A stretch of DNA of 64,000 nucleotides, taken from contig NC_042998.1 in assembly GCF_006345805.1 (NCBI RefSeq), positions 24,614,001 through 24,678,000 on the forward strand, read 5' to 3'. Below the pieces are notes generated by a model. That model was not told where the DNA came from and made no database searches. It saw only the letters and a program-made list of their open reading frames with translations. Positions within the stretch are counted from its first letter, which is position 1. Every line of letters begins with the position of its first letter. The stretch is from Octopus sinensis (lineage: Eukaryota). Position numbers and translations under genes: made by a program. Of this stretch, positions 47,489 to 59,697 are shown in pieces.

Positions 47489-48194
47489 ATAATATGTGGT
47501 AATTGACTTACCTGCTCTCCTGAAATTGCTGGCATTGTACCAAAATTTGAAACTATACGCATGTCTGTGTATGTGTGTGTGTGTGGTGTATAGTTGTGTG
47601 TGCATGTTTTTGATGTGTGAATGTTTACATGTAGTTGCCATGGAAAAGGAGTGTTGACGAGTAAATGATGACATAACTTAATATTTCTTGTCAACAAATT
47701 GTTTAAAAGTTCAGTGTTTAATGAAGATAAAGGAGACAGAAAAAGCTCACACTTGAAAAACAGGTAAGGTTTCATGACAAGAAGGGGGCATCCAACCGTA
47801 AAAGAATACCCCAATAACATGTAGCCAACAAATGACATGCTCGCTTGGAAAACTGAATGTGAAGGGAGCATATATCATCATTTTCCTCATCCTCATCATC
47901 ATCATCGTCGTCGTCATCATTATCATCATTATCATCATCATATATAGTCACTCTCATCATCATCCTTTAACGTCTGTTTCCCATGCTGGCATGGGCTGGA
48001 CTACATACATACATACATGGTGGCTGCCCCCTCATTATCGAGTATGGCCATTGCACAAAGCTTAATCAATGTTGTTATCATGCAATGCCTGTGCAAGAAG
48101 ATTTTTTTTAAAGTGAGGAAAGGCTGTGTACTGAGTCAATCCCACTCACTAAGCAACAGCAGCCATAATCCGAAAAGAAGAACAAGTCAACATC

Positions 48195-48575
48195 ATCGGT
48201 AACCACTGAGCTGCAGGTTTTATGTCGGAGTTATCCCAGTTACCTGAGTTACCTTCTCCTAGAAGGATGCCCTAACAAAGGCTAGGAGTCCTTCACTCCC
48301 AATGGTTTAATCGCGCGATCGGGTATTCAGTCCGATTATTTCTATGTCCCCGTGCATGATACAGCCTTAAGACATTTATTGGATGGCCATTGACTCTCAA
48401 GAGTTCCTCCGCCCTTTGACAGGTTTTGTTTTTCATCCCGCAGGGTGTCCAATAAGCACCATCCTCACCAAGCAATCTTGGTGGGGTTGCCGGTTTAGTC
48501 GCCGACGACCCGACCCTGCAAGAGGTTGTACTGGGTTACATCATACCAGTAGCCCTCGAAAGTGACCTGACGTAC
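48195..48575 (-). mobile_element. GC-rich fragment resembling an RTE-type LINE 5' UTR
   Basis: Minus-strand gttagggcatccttctaggagaaggtaactc...aaaacc resembles the recalled RTE 5' motif gggcaaccagtctaggagaaggaaaactctg; it abuts a (tacg/taca)n tract. Confidence 0.45.
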
Positions 48576-48659
48576 GTACATACATACATACATACATACA
48601 TGCATGCATGCATACATACTTGCTATTCAAAATTCAGACAGAACTTATGGGATGACCTG

Positions 48660-48900
48660 ATATATATATGTGTATATATGCGTGTGTGTATGTTTGTGTG
48701 TCTGTGTTTGTTCCCCCACCATCGCTTGACAACTGATGCTGGTGTGCTTAATTCCCCGTAACTTAGTAGTTTGGTGAAGAGACTGATAGAATAAGTACTA
48801 GGCTTACAAAGAATAAGTTCTGGGGTCGATCTATTCGACTAAAGGTGGTGCTCCAGCATGGCCACAGTCAAATGACTGAAACAAATAAAAAATAAAAGAA
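48660..48900 (+). mobile_element. SINE family A, 3' half
   Basis: Runs from the internal microsatellite to the tail. Confidence 0.85.
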
Positions 48901-49324
48901 TATATAAATATATATATACACACACACACACACACATATACATATCTATATCTATCAGTCTATTTATCTATCTATTTATCTATAACCACAGAGAGTGACA
49001 GAGTAAGGGGAGAGAGAGAGAGTAAGGGGAGAGAGAGACTAAGGAGAGAGTTAAAAGTCTGGAAAGAATTAAAGGAGAGGAATTTGGTGAATGAATGCAA
49101 GAAAAGAAGAGGATGTAAAAATTTATTCTGAAAGGAATTAGAATCAGAAAAAGTGAAATTCAAAAACAAGAGAAGAAAGGAAAGCAACATTAGAGAAATA
49201 CTGAATTGTAACAGTAATGGGAGAGAAAGAGAATGAAAGAAGGAAAGAAAGAAAGAAAGAAAGATGGATAGATAGATAGATAGATAGACAAAGAAATAGG
49301 TAGATAGATAGATAGATAGATAGA

Positions 49325-49655
49325 TATGTTTCTTTATTAGCCACACAGGGCTGCACACAGACGGGACAGATTACAAAGTAGAGCTTTTCTTTTTTTGGAG
49401 GAAAAAAAAAATGGGGTAGGTTTTCGATCAAAAGGGATTGTAAAAGGGAAAGAAGAAAAAAAAGAAAAAAAGGAAAAGAAACAAAAGAAAAGAAAAAAGG
49501 AAAAGGAAGAAAAAGGAAAAAAAGGAGAAAAGAAAAAAACGATCAATAGGGATCATGTATCACAATGTCATGATGTACGGTGTAAAGGGTGAAGCAGATG
49601 AGGTTTATCCGTGGGAAGAAAAGCCTACGGAAAAGACCACGGTAACCTCGGTCAA
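49325..49655 (-). mobile_element. Putative LINE 3'-UTR fragment whose end resembles the family B1 SINE tail
   Basis: Minus strand ends ctgtcccgtctgtgtgcagccctgtgtggctaataaagaaac plus (tatc)n; a related end lies at 50248-50330. Confidence 0.4.
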
Positions 49656-49742
49656 TATTGTTACATGTTAACACATTTGTTTGCAAGTGGGTAACCCTCT
49701 GTTTTCAATTTCCGGGTTCAGATAGATAGGTAGATAGATACA

Positions 49743-50148
49743 GGCGCAGGAGTGGCTGTGTGGTAAGTAGCTTGCTTACCAATCACATGGTTCTGGGTTC
49801 AGTCCCACTGAGTGACATCTTGGGCAAGTGTCTTCTACTATAGCCTCAGGCTGCCCAAAGCCTTGTGAGTGGATTTGGTAGATGGAAACTGTTGTATATA
49901 TGTATATATATATATATGTGTGTGTGTATGTTTGTGTGTCAGTGTTTGTCCCCCTAGCATTGCTTGACAACCAATGCCAGTGTTTTTATGTCCCCATCAC
50001 TTAGTGGTTCAGCAAAAAAGACCGATAGAATAAGTACTAGGCTTACAAAGAATAAGTCCTGGGGTCAATTTGCTCGACTAAAGGTGGTGCTCCAGCATGG
50101 CCACAGTGAAATGACTGAAACAAGTAAATGAGTAAAAGAGTAAAGAGA
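49743..50148 (+). mobile_element. SINE family A, full length
   Basis: Head to tail all present. Confidence 0.9.
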
Positions 50149-50167
50149 GTATATATATATAGGTAGG

Positions 50168-50250
<83 letters not shown>

Positions 50251-50606
50251 CTTTCTCTAATGGCCACACAGGGCTAAACACAGAGGGGACAAATACAAAT
50301 GTAGAGCTTTCCTTTTCAAAGTTGGAAAAAGAAAAAGGGAAAAAAAAGGGGAAAAAAGATAGATAGATAGATACATAGAGTGAGAGAGTGAGAGAGAGAG
50401 AGAAATGTTTAAAAACATATATATAGACATTTTATTTATTCATAAATGTTGCCAGCATATATTTCGTGCCTAAGCATGCATAAGGTTGAAACATAGAGTT
50501 TAGCAAGTATAAAAGATGCCATAAACTTTGTACCAAATAATAAAACCTAAGAAAGAACAGACTAAATAAATAAAGAGATAAATAAATAAACAGATATATA
50601 ACAAGC

Positions 50607-50637
<31 letters not shown>

Positions 50638-50867
50638 CAAACTGAATAAAGAAGGGGAAAGAGATTATGTCTTCAACATTTTCTGTACACTGATTTATCT
50701 ATAAACAAAGCAAGTGTAAATATTTAATATCTAATTTTTCATTGAAATAAGCCATTGCAAATCACAAAATCCTGTTACAGTGGTTTGCCATTACTATACA
50801 CCACCTATCAGCAGAGACTCTTTATCATCTGTAGTGTTTGTTATTGACGTTATATTTACCTTCATTG

Positions 50868-51452
50868 AGGTGGAGAGCTGGTAGAATCATTAGCACGCCA
50901 GGCGAAATGCTTAACGGTATTTCAATTGCCGCTATGTTCTGAGTTCAAATTCCGCCGAGGTCGGCTTTGCCTTTCATCCTTTCGGGGTCAATAAATTAAG
51001 TACCAGTCCCGCACTGGGGTCGATGTTATCGACTCAATACCTATGTCTGTCCTTGTTTGTCCCCTTCTGTGTTTAGCCCCTTGTGGGTAGTAAAGAAATA
51101 GCTATTTCATTTGCCACTATGTTCTGAATTCAAATTCCGCCGAGGTCAACTTTGCCTTTAATCCTTTCGGGGTGAATTAAATGAGTATGAGTTACGCACT
51201 GGGGTCGATATAATCGACTTAATCCGTTTCTCTGTCCTTGTTTGTCCACTCTGTGTTTAGCCCCTTGTGGGTAGTAAAGAAATAGCTATTTCATTTGCCG
51301 CTATGTTCTGAGTTCTAATTTCACTGAGGTGAACTTCGTCTTTCATCCAGTCGGTGTTGATAAATTAAGTACCTGTGAAACACTGGGGTCAATTAAATCG
51401 ACTAGTCCCCTCCCCCAAAATTTCAGGCCTTGTACCTATAGTAGAAAGGATT
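50868..51452 (+). mobile_element. SINE family B tandem array (head + two B1 units + one B2-tailed unit)
   Basis: aaagaaatagctatttcatttgcc recurs with a 184-bp period. Confidence 0.88.
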
Positions 51453-51470
51453 ATTATTATTATTATTATT

Positions 51471-51687
51471 GCTTTTGCACAGCTTCTAACACTGGAGATC
51501 TACTACAGTATCAGCTGTTCACTACCAGTGAACTAAGGTAACACCTCTTATTTTTCGAGCATCTTCCAGAGTATTCAAGTAGTTCCAAGCAGTGCTGTTT
51601 TCTGCAAGTGCTCCACACTTATTGTGGCCCCTATTTATTCCATGTACTTCTCAAGATTTTCACTCACTGCTCCCAGGGCTCGTACAA
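51471..51687 (-). mobile_element. R4/Dong-clade LINE 3' end, short copy, in (TAA)n
   Basis: Near-duplicate of 51762-51985; VEHLQKTALLGTT*ILWKMLEK. Confidence 0.8.
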
Positions 51688-51726
51688 TTATTATTATTAT
51701 TATTATTATCATTATTATTATTATTA

Positions 51727-51761
<35 letters not shown>

Positions 51762-52452
51762 GCCTTTGCACAGCTTCTAACACTGGAGATGTACTACAGT
51801 GTCAGCTGTTCACTACCAGTGAGCTAAGGTAACACCTCTTATTTTTCGAGCACCTTCCGCAGTATTCGAGTGGTTCCAAGCAGTGCTGTTTTCTGCAAGT
51901 GTTCCACACTTATTGCGGCCCTTATTTATTCTATGTACTTTTCAAGATTCTTACTCATTGTTCCAAGGGCTCCGACAATTATTGGTACTACTACCACCTT
52001 TTCCATCAACCACAACTGCTTAACTTCCTAAGCTAACCTGTCACATCTCTCGACTTTTCTTTCTTCTTTATCGCATACCTTGTTGTCAGCTGGGCATGCT
52101 ATATCTATGATCCAACATCATTTGCTTTCTTTCTCAATTATCACTATATCTAGCTTCCTATTCTCTATCTCATGGTCACACTGAATCATAAAATCCCACA
52201 GGATCTTTGCATTATCATTTTCGATGATGCCTTCAGGTTTGTGATCATACCAACATTTAGCTCTGTCCATACTTGTTGTAAAGTGTCCAATGGACAAGTC
52301 TGGCTATATTGTTGTGGCATCTCTTATATTCCTTCTGGGCTAGTGGCGTACATTGGCTGGTAATATGTCATACAGTTTCACCATTTTGTCCACAGATTCT
52401 GCATTTATCACTTTCTAATGTGTTGTCTATTCTGTATTTGATGTAGTTTGCA
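51762..52452 (-). pseudogene. R4/Dong-clade LINE 3' region (CCHC knuckle + restriction-like endonuclease)
   Basis: Across frameshifts: CRICGQNGETV*HI..C, KILWDFMIQCDHEIENRKLDIVII, IIDIACP, VVVVPIIVGALG, LQKTALLGTTRILRKVL; ends in (TAA)n. Confidence 0.85.
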
Positions 52453-52459
52453 GCATTTC

Positions 52460-52610
52460 ATGTAGCGGTTCGGCAAAAGAGACCAGTAGAATAAGTACTA
52501 GACTTACAAAGAATAAGTCCTGGGGTCGATTTGTTCGACTAAAGACAGTGCTCCAGCATGGCCACAGTCACATTACTGAAACAAGTAAAAGAATAAAAGA
52601 ATAAAAGAAT
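52460..52610 (+). mobile_element. SINE family A, 3' fragment
   Basis: gcggttcggcaaaagagacc to the tail. Confidence 0.85.
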
Positions 52611-53035
52611 TTCCTTAAACTCCTGTTTTGGTTCTTTTCCAAATTCTTTCCTTCATATATTTCATTCTTCCCTTTTCCTCCAAATTTTCTTCCTCTCTTC
52701 ATCTCCATAATATTTTCCTTTCACATCACTTTTATATATCTTCACTTCCTTTTGCCACCAATTTCTTAAATTTGCCTTTCTTTCTTCCTCCTTCCAAACT
52801 ACTATTTATTCTTCATATGTCTCTTACCCTATTCCCTTTCTTTCATTTATTCCCCACCCCCACCAACTTATTCTTCATTTCCTTCTCTTGCATTATTCAT
52901 TGTTCGTTTATCATTCTTCCAGTTTCTCTCCCTGTATTTTTATCCCAACATTCTCTTGTATTTCTTCATATTTTCCCTCCATACCAAACTTCTTCTCAGC
53001 TCCACCCATTCCTATTTTATTTTCAACATTCTTCC

Positions 53036-53205
53036 GATAAATTGCGAGCAGGGAAGCGAACCCCTACCACCTTCTAGTGACAGGACCAGTAGACCAGTTC
53101 TGGCTTTGGGCTATTTCTGCCGCTCTTCAGTACTGGACAGCTCATCTGCTAGAGATGGTAGTAGCTCACTTCCCCTCACAATATATAAAGTCTGCTCGAG
53201 ATGAA
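53036..53205. mobile_element. Palindromic MITE (partial)
   Basis: Inverted homologue of 53784-54035. Confidence 0.65.
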
Positions 53206-53599
53206 AGTTTGTTAAGTCCAAGAATTTAAAGAATTTAAGAAAATAATCTTCATTATTGGCATTGTAATTTTAATGTCTATTTTTTCCATGTTCACATGAG
53301 GAGTGAGACATAATTCAATTAGTCAGGTTTTCTACAGCCAGATTACCTTGCCTCACCTGCTTCCAAGCAAAGTAATATTATCAGCTCTCGACCACTTCCA
53401 AACAAGGTAATATTTCCCTTTGGCCAGACATGTTACCTGGAAGTATGGAAATGACACTGCTTGTATGACAGTGAAGCTCATTTACAACCATCATGTGATG
53501 TCAAGACAAAGGGACACAAACACACACTGCACACACATATATATAGATAGGTATATATATATATATGTGTGTGTATATATGTGTCTTTGTATGTATGTG

Positions 53600-53770
53600 T
53601 GTGTTTATTTTTTTTTTTTTCCATATGTGACCGTGTGTGTATCGTTGGCAATTTTCTTTCTCCGTCTTCCCTTCTTTGGACTTTTTCTATATTTCTGATG
53701 AAGAGCTCCGCTCGAAACATGAAAACCTCTTTCTTTTCTTTCCTTTCCTGAGCACGCAATAACACTGTAT
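53600..53770 (+). mobile_element. Penelope-like terminal-repeat fragment (family P1)
   Basis: Homologous to 3650-3860; contains ctgatgaagagctccgctcgaaac. Confidence 0.6.
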
Positions 53771-53783
53771 TAACCCCAATAAC

Positions 53784-54035
53784 CTCAAGTCGACATCGCC
53801 CCTAGCTGGTTAATGATGCAGAGCAGCATCCGGTAAACTGTGAGCAAGGGAGCACACCCCTACCATCTTCTAGTGATGGGCTCAGTGTACTGAAGACCAG
53901 CAAAAATAATCCAAAACCAGGACTGGTCTACTAGTCCCATTGCTAGAACATAGTAGGGGTGCCCTCCCCTGCTCACAATTTATTGGATGCAGCTCTATAG
54001 CGTTAACCAGCTAGAGGAGATGCCCTCTTAGGATT
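53784..54035. mobile_element. Palindromic MITE with ~105-bp imperfect arms
   Basis: ctagctggttaa...ctgtgagcaagggagcacacccctac / gtaggggtgccctcccctgctcacaa...ttaaccagctag. Confidence 0.7.
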
Positions 54036-54223
54036 AACAGATCACAGTAGAGTCCGTTTGAATGGACAGCCATGTTGAAGCAGCTACAAATATTACTAAA
54101 TATGTATCTATACATATATTAGTTCTAAAATCTCTCTAAGAGATCAATACAGTAGTTGTACTGACAAGTAATATTCATGGCTGTCTGTTCAACTGGACTC
54201 TACTGCAATTTTTAAGAATCATA

Positions 54224-54650
54224 TACTCTTTTACTCTTTTACTCGTTTCAGTCATTTGACAGCAGCCATGCTGGAGCACCGCCTTTAGTCAAAGAAATCG
54301 ACCCCAGGACTTATTCTTTGTAAGCTTAGTACTTATTCTATCAGTCTCTTCTGCCAAACTGCTAAGTTATGGGGATGTAATCACACCAGCATCAGTTGTC
54401 AAGTGATGTTGGGGAGGACAAACACAGAAAAATAGACACACACATATATATATATAAATATAGGCATATATACAACGGGCTTCTTTCAGTTCCCATCTAC
54501 CAAATCCACTCACAAGGCTTTGGTCGGCCTGAGGTTATAGTAGAAGACACTTGCCCAAGATGACATGCAGTAGGACTGAACCCGGAACCATGTGGTTGGT
54601 AAGCAATCTACTTACCACACAGCCACTCCTGTACCTACAGCTACTCCTGC
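54224..54650 (-). mobile_element. SINE family A, full length
   Basis: Tail to head all present. Confidence 0.9.
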
Positions 54651-54844
54651 ACCATATAAAAATAATTATTAAAATCTTTTGTGTATTGTAGATAGATTTT
54701 AACAACAAAATCTTATATGGATCCCTAAGGGCCATATGGAATCTGGCTGAGAACCATTGTCATCAACCCTTAAATAGATACCTTAGATATAGACAAAGAG
54801 ATATAGCTCACCTTTGTAAGAAGCCACTATATAATTCTTTCTAA

Positions 54845-55780
54845 TTTTGATACAGGGCCAGCAATTTTAGCAGAAGGTGGAAGGTGATTATATCAACTCC
54901 AATGCTCAATGGTATTTCTTTAATTAAAGGTGGCGAGCTAGCAGAAACGTTAGCACGCTGGGTGAAATGCGTAGCCGTATTTCGTCTGTTGTTATGTTGT
55001 GAGTTAAAATTCCGCCAAGGTCGACTTTGCTTTCATCCTTTCAGGGTCGATAAATTAAGTACCAGTTACGCACTGGGGTCGATGTAATCAACTTAATACC
55101 TATGTCTGTCCTTGTTTGTCCCCTCTATGTTTAGTCCCTTGTGGATAATAAAGAAATAGGTATTTCGTCTGCCGCTACGTTCTGAGTTCAAATTCCGCCG
55201 AGGTTGACTTTGCCTTTCATCCTTTTGGGGTTGATAAACTAAGTACCAGTTATGCACTGGGGTCGATATAATCGACTTAATCCGTTTGTCTGTCCTTGTT
55301 TGTCCTGTCTCTGTTTAGCCCCTAGTGGGTAGTAAAGAAATAGGTATTTCTTTTATCAACCTAGAAAGGATGAAAGCAAAGTTGACCTCGTTGGTATTGG
55401 AACTCAGAGAGGCGGCAAGCTGGCAGAAATGTTAGCACGCCAGGCGAAATACGTAGCCATATTTCATCTGCCATTACGTTTTGAGTTCAAATTCCGCTGA
55501 GCTCGACTTTGCCTTTCATCCTTTCGGGGTCGATAAACTAAGTATCAGTTATGCACTGGGGTCGATATAATTGACTTAATCCATTTGTCTGTCCTTATTT
55601 GTCCTCTCTGTGTTTAGCCCCTTGCGGGTAGTAAAGAAATAGGTGTTTCTTTTAGCGACCTAGAAAGGATGAAAGGCAAAGCTGACCTCGTTGGTATTGG
55701 AACTCAGAACACAAAGCCGAAAGAAAAACTCCACTAAGCATTTTGTCCGGCACATTAACAATTCTGTCAGCTCATCAAAA
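54845..55780. mobile_element. Nested family B cluster: an old minus-strand B2 copy invaded by + strand B1 copies
   Basis: + strand heads at 54927 and 55409; pieces of the minus-strand host at 54845-54920, 55349-55408 and 55646-55780. Confidence 0.8.
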
Positions 55781-56337
55781 ATCACTCCATATTTGATGTG
55801 TGTTTTACCAGTTTGTTGATATTGTTTTCCTATGAGTTTGTGATATCACATAAGCACTTATACCATGACTCCTTTTAACCCACTTTATTGCTTCCAATAT
55901 CAAAGTAGTCTTAATCTGAATAAACATTGTATCCCATTTCTGCAATTTTTTTTTTCCCCATCTTTCCAACAAATATTTTTTACGCGAATTCAGCTCTTTT
56001 TACCTTCTTCCCATTAACTGTCTTATTTTCTTTCTTCTTAGATTCACTTCTTCCCAGTTTGTTTTTCTTTTATTCTCTCAATTTCTGCTTCTGTTTCTTC
56101 CATTTCTTTTTCTCTTTCTGTTTCATTACCTTCATCTTTTTATTTCCAAATTTCTATGTTCTTACCTTCATTTTTAATTCTTTTGTATCCTATTCAGTTA
56201 AGTGGTTATACATTTATTTATTCATTTTTTTTTTACCTGTCTTCGATCAATAATTTTTACATTTTCTTTTCATTTTCATGACAAACATAACTTTCCATCA
56301 ATGAAATAAGTACCTACAATATACTTGGGTAATATCC

Positions 56338-56762
56338 TTTCTACTAGAGAAATAAGGTCTGAAATTTTGGGAGAAGAGTTAGTTGATTATATTGACCCCA
56401 GTATATTTGATTGGTACTTCTTTTATCGATACCAAAAATATAAAAGGCAAAGATGACCTTGGTGGCATTTGAACTCAGAATGTAAAGCCAGACAAAATGT
56501 CGCTGACCATTTTGTCCAGCATGATAATGTTTCCATCAGCTCTTCGCTTTGGATTTCAAGTTTTGGTACTGGGCCAGCAGATTTTGAGGTAAGAGGGAAT
56601 CTATCACGTTGATCCAGGTACTTCACTGCTACTTATTTTATTGACCCTTAAAAGATTAAAGTTAAGTCGACCTTTGCAGGATTTGAACTCAGAATGTAAA
56701 GATAGATGAAAAGCTGCAAAGCAGTTTGTCTGGGATGCTAACAATGCTGCCAGCTGGCTGCA
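56338..56762 (-). mobile_element. Two adjacent diverged family B (B2) SINEs
   Basis: Two central-block-plus-head units. Confidence 0.7.
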
Positions 56763-56790
56763 TTATATACTTGGGTAACCTTTCAATTAT

Positions 56791-57167
56791 TGGATGGAAG
56801 CACTCCGTCGGTTACGACGATGAGGGTTCTGGTTGATCCGATCAACGGAACAGCCTGCTCCTGAAATTAACGTGTAAGTGGCTGAGACACGTGTACCCTT
56901 AACATAGTTCTCAGGGATATTCAGCATGACACAGAGAGTGACAAGGCCGGCCCTTTGTAATACAGGTACAACAGAAACAGGAAATAAGAGTGAGAGAAAG
57001 TCGTGGTGAAAGAGTACAGCAGGGATCACCACCATCCCCTGCCGGAGCCTCGTGGAGCTTTAGGTGTTTTCACTCAATAAACACTCACAACGCCCGGTCT
57101 GGGAATCGAAACCGCGATCCTACGACTGCGAGTCCGCTGCCCTAACCACTGGGCCATTGCACCTCCA
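56791..57167 (-). mobile_element. SINE family C, body 1, with a distinct 3' end
   Basis: Head and body shared with 19411-19735, then a different tail; 11-bp target duplication ctttcaattat. Confidence 0.85.
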
Positions 57168-57558
57168 CTCTTTCAATTATTATCCCTCATTTCAATAAAC
57201 ATTGACTTGTATTAACGAAAGAAACCACCATCACAAAAGCTGTTTATTCCTCATTCTTCTGATTTGTCTTATCATTTTGTATCAACAATACCATTTATTC
57301 TATCACTAGTTTTTTTTTGTTGTAGTTTTTGTTTCTGCTCCCAGCCAGGTTTTAACAAACAGCTAGGTGCAATCCACAGGTATATCTATTGTTCTAAATA
57401 TTCATACCCCTGGGAAGACATACTTAAGTTGTTTACACCCAGGTCGACTCTGATCAAACATACCTAATGTGAAAGACATTCCTACCATGACTATCCTGTA
57501 TTATTTTCAGACAAAGTGAATCAAGCATTTCCTTATTCAAAACATAGCAACATGTCAT

Positions 57559-57779
57559 TTAACTCTTCAGCGTTCAGATTACTCTTTCAAATGTGATGCT
57601 TATTTATTCACATTCCTTTTTAATTAATTATTAATTAACTTTGAGATTTCAATGTGATTATTCCTGTTTACATGACATTGCAAAGTAAATCTGAAAAGTT
57701 GGATCTCAGGCCAGCTTGGAAACAAAACAAGGTGGAGTATTTGAGCTGGAGGTGGCCAGTTTAAATTCTAATGGGTTAA
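57559..57779. mobile_element. MITE with TTAA ends (piggyBac-like)
   Basis: ttaactcttcagcgttcaga / ttaaattctaatgggttaa. Confidence 0.55.
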
Positions 57780-57871
57780 GGAAGATTTGGTTATTATTTC
57801 TATCAGACCAAACAACATTATGGTGGCTCCTTCATAGATAGATAGATAAATAGTGAGATAGATAGATAATG

Positions 57872-57904
<33 letters not shown>

Positions 57905-57907
<3 letters not shown>

Positions 57908-58090
57908 TCGCGGAGTGGTTGGACTACACTCGTGGAGTGTTTGGCGTTAGGAAGGGCATCCAGCTGTAGAAACACTGCCAGATAAGACTGGAGCCTGGTG
58001 CAGCCTCCTGGCTTCCCAGACCCTGGTCGAACCATCCAACCCGTGCTAGCATGGAAAACAGACGTTAAACGATGATGATGATAATGATGA
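57905..58090 (+). mobile_element. Orphan RTE tail copy
   Basis: tggcgttaggaagggcatcc...(gat)n. Confidence 0.85.
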
Positions 58091-58719
58091 TATTTATATA
58101 TATATATTGATAGATAGATGGATAGATACATTTGTGTATGAAAGAATAAGAATAACTGAAAGAACACAAAGTGAAGCAAATAGAAAATGGCGGAAAGCTT
58201 GAAACAGAAGCATTAAAACTTGCTGAAAACCAAAGCAAATACGATTAAATTTGATAAAACTCCACACACAAACAGACATACGCATGCGTGCACACACACA
58301 CACATGCATAATCTATTGTTAACTGGTATGCCCACAGGAGTAACTTAGAAGCCTAGAGTTCTATATCAAGGTATATATATTACTACTCGAAAACTACACC
58401 AATTAGCTGTGCTTGACATGGAAATGAACATGTAACCAGACACCATCAAACAAGTTATTTTGCTTTGTGGTGCTTCAGTAATTGATATTGCTCAAGTCTC
58501 AAGTCTTACAGTCAACTACCTGAAGCTTCTTAGAGACTGCCTATAACCATATTTAGAATCAACTGCTATTTGCAGTATTTATGTGACCTAAAGCGACAAT
58601 TGGAAATCCAAATATTTTAACCTAAAACCATTTAAAAATTATTCTACGATTCTCTTTATTAAGAATCTGTACGTCTGGAGATGTAGTCTTAAACCTGTGC
58701 CTTAGAAACCCTATGTAAT

Positions 58720-58990
58720 GTGGTGCCGCTGGACTGGCTCCTGTGCAGGTGGCATGTAAAAAACACCATTTGAGCATGGCCGTTGCCAGTACCACCTGAC
58801 TGGCCCTCGTGCCGGTGGCACGTAAAAGCACCCACTACACTCTCAGAGTGGATGGTGTTAGGAAGGGCATCCCACTGTAGAAACTCTGCCAGATCAGATT
58901 GGAGTCTGGTGCAGCCATCTGGTTCACCAGTCCTCAGTCAAATCGTCCAACCCATGCTAGCATGGAAAATGGACGTTAAATGATGATGAT
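58720..58990 (+). mobile_element. Orphan RTE tail copy
   Basis: Subrepeats plus tail. Confidence 0.85.
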
Positions 58991-59255
58991 AACCCTAATT
59001 AAATGTATTGAGTATTATTTTCTTCTTATTTTTCTCCAATTCTTATCTACATGTTTGTGTGTAGCTGTGTGCATGTGTGTTTTCGTGTGTGCATATTATA
59101 TCAAAAACGTAACCAAGCTTGATCCTTCTCATTAAGGATTGCTCCAGCATGGCTGCAGCTCTCAAGCTAGAACTAGTTAAAAAAAAAGTTACTAAATCCA
59201 TTTGGCTGACATTTTGAGACTTTCACAATTGCATTTTCAAATGAAATCTTTATAA

Positions 59256-59408
59256 AGGCATAGGAGTGGCTATGTGGTAAGTAGCTTGTTTACGAACCAC
59301 ATGGTTCCAGGTTCAGTCCCACAGTATGGCATCTTGAGCAAATGTCTTCTGGACTGACCAAAGCCTTGTGAGTGGATTTGGTAGAAGGAAACTGAAAGAA
59401 GTCTGTCG

Positions 59409-59459
<51 letters not shown>

Positions 59460-59697
59460 GTGTGTGTATGTATATGTTTGTGTGTCTGTGTTTGTCACCC
59501 CAACATCACTTGACAACTGATGCTGGTGTGTTTAAATCACTGTAACTTAGCGGTTCGGCAAAAGAGACTGATAGAATAAGTACTAGGCATACAAAGAATA
59601 AGTTTTGGGGTTGATTTGCTCCACTAAAGGCAGTGCTCCAGCATGACCACAGTCAAATGACTGAAACAAGTAAAAGAGTAAAAGAGTAAAGAGTAAA
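59256..59697 (+). mobile_element. SINE family A, full length
   Basis: Head to tail all present. Confidence 0.9.
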
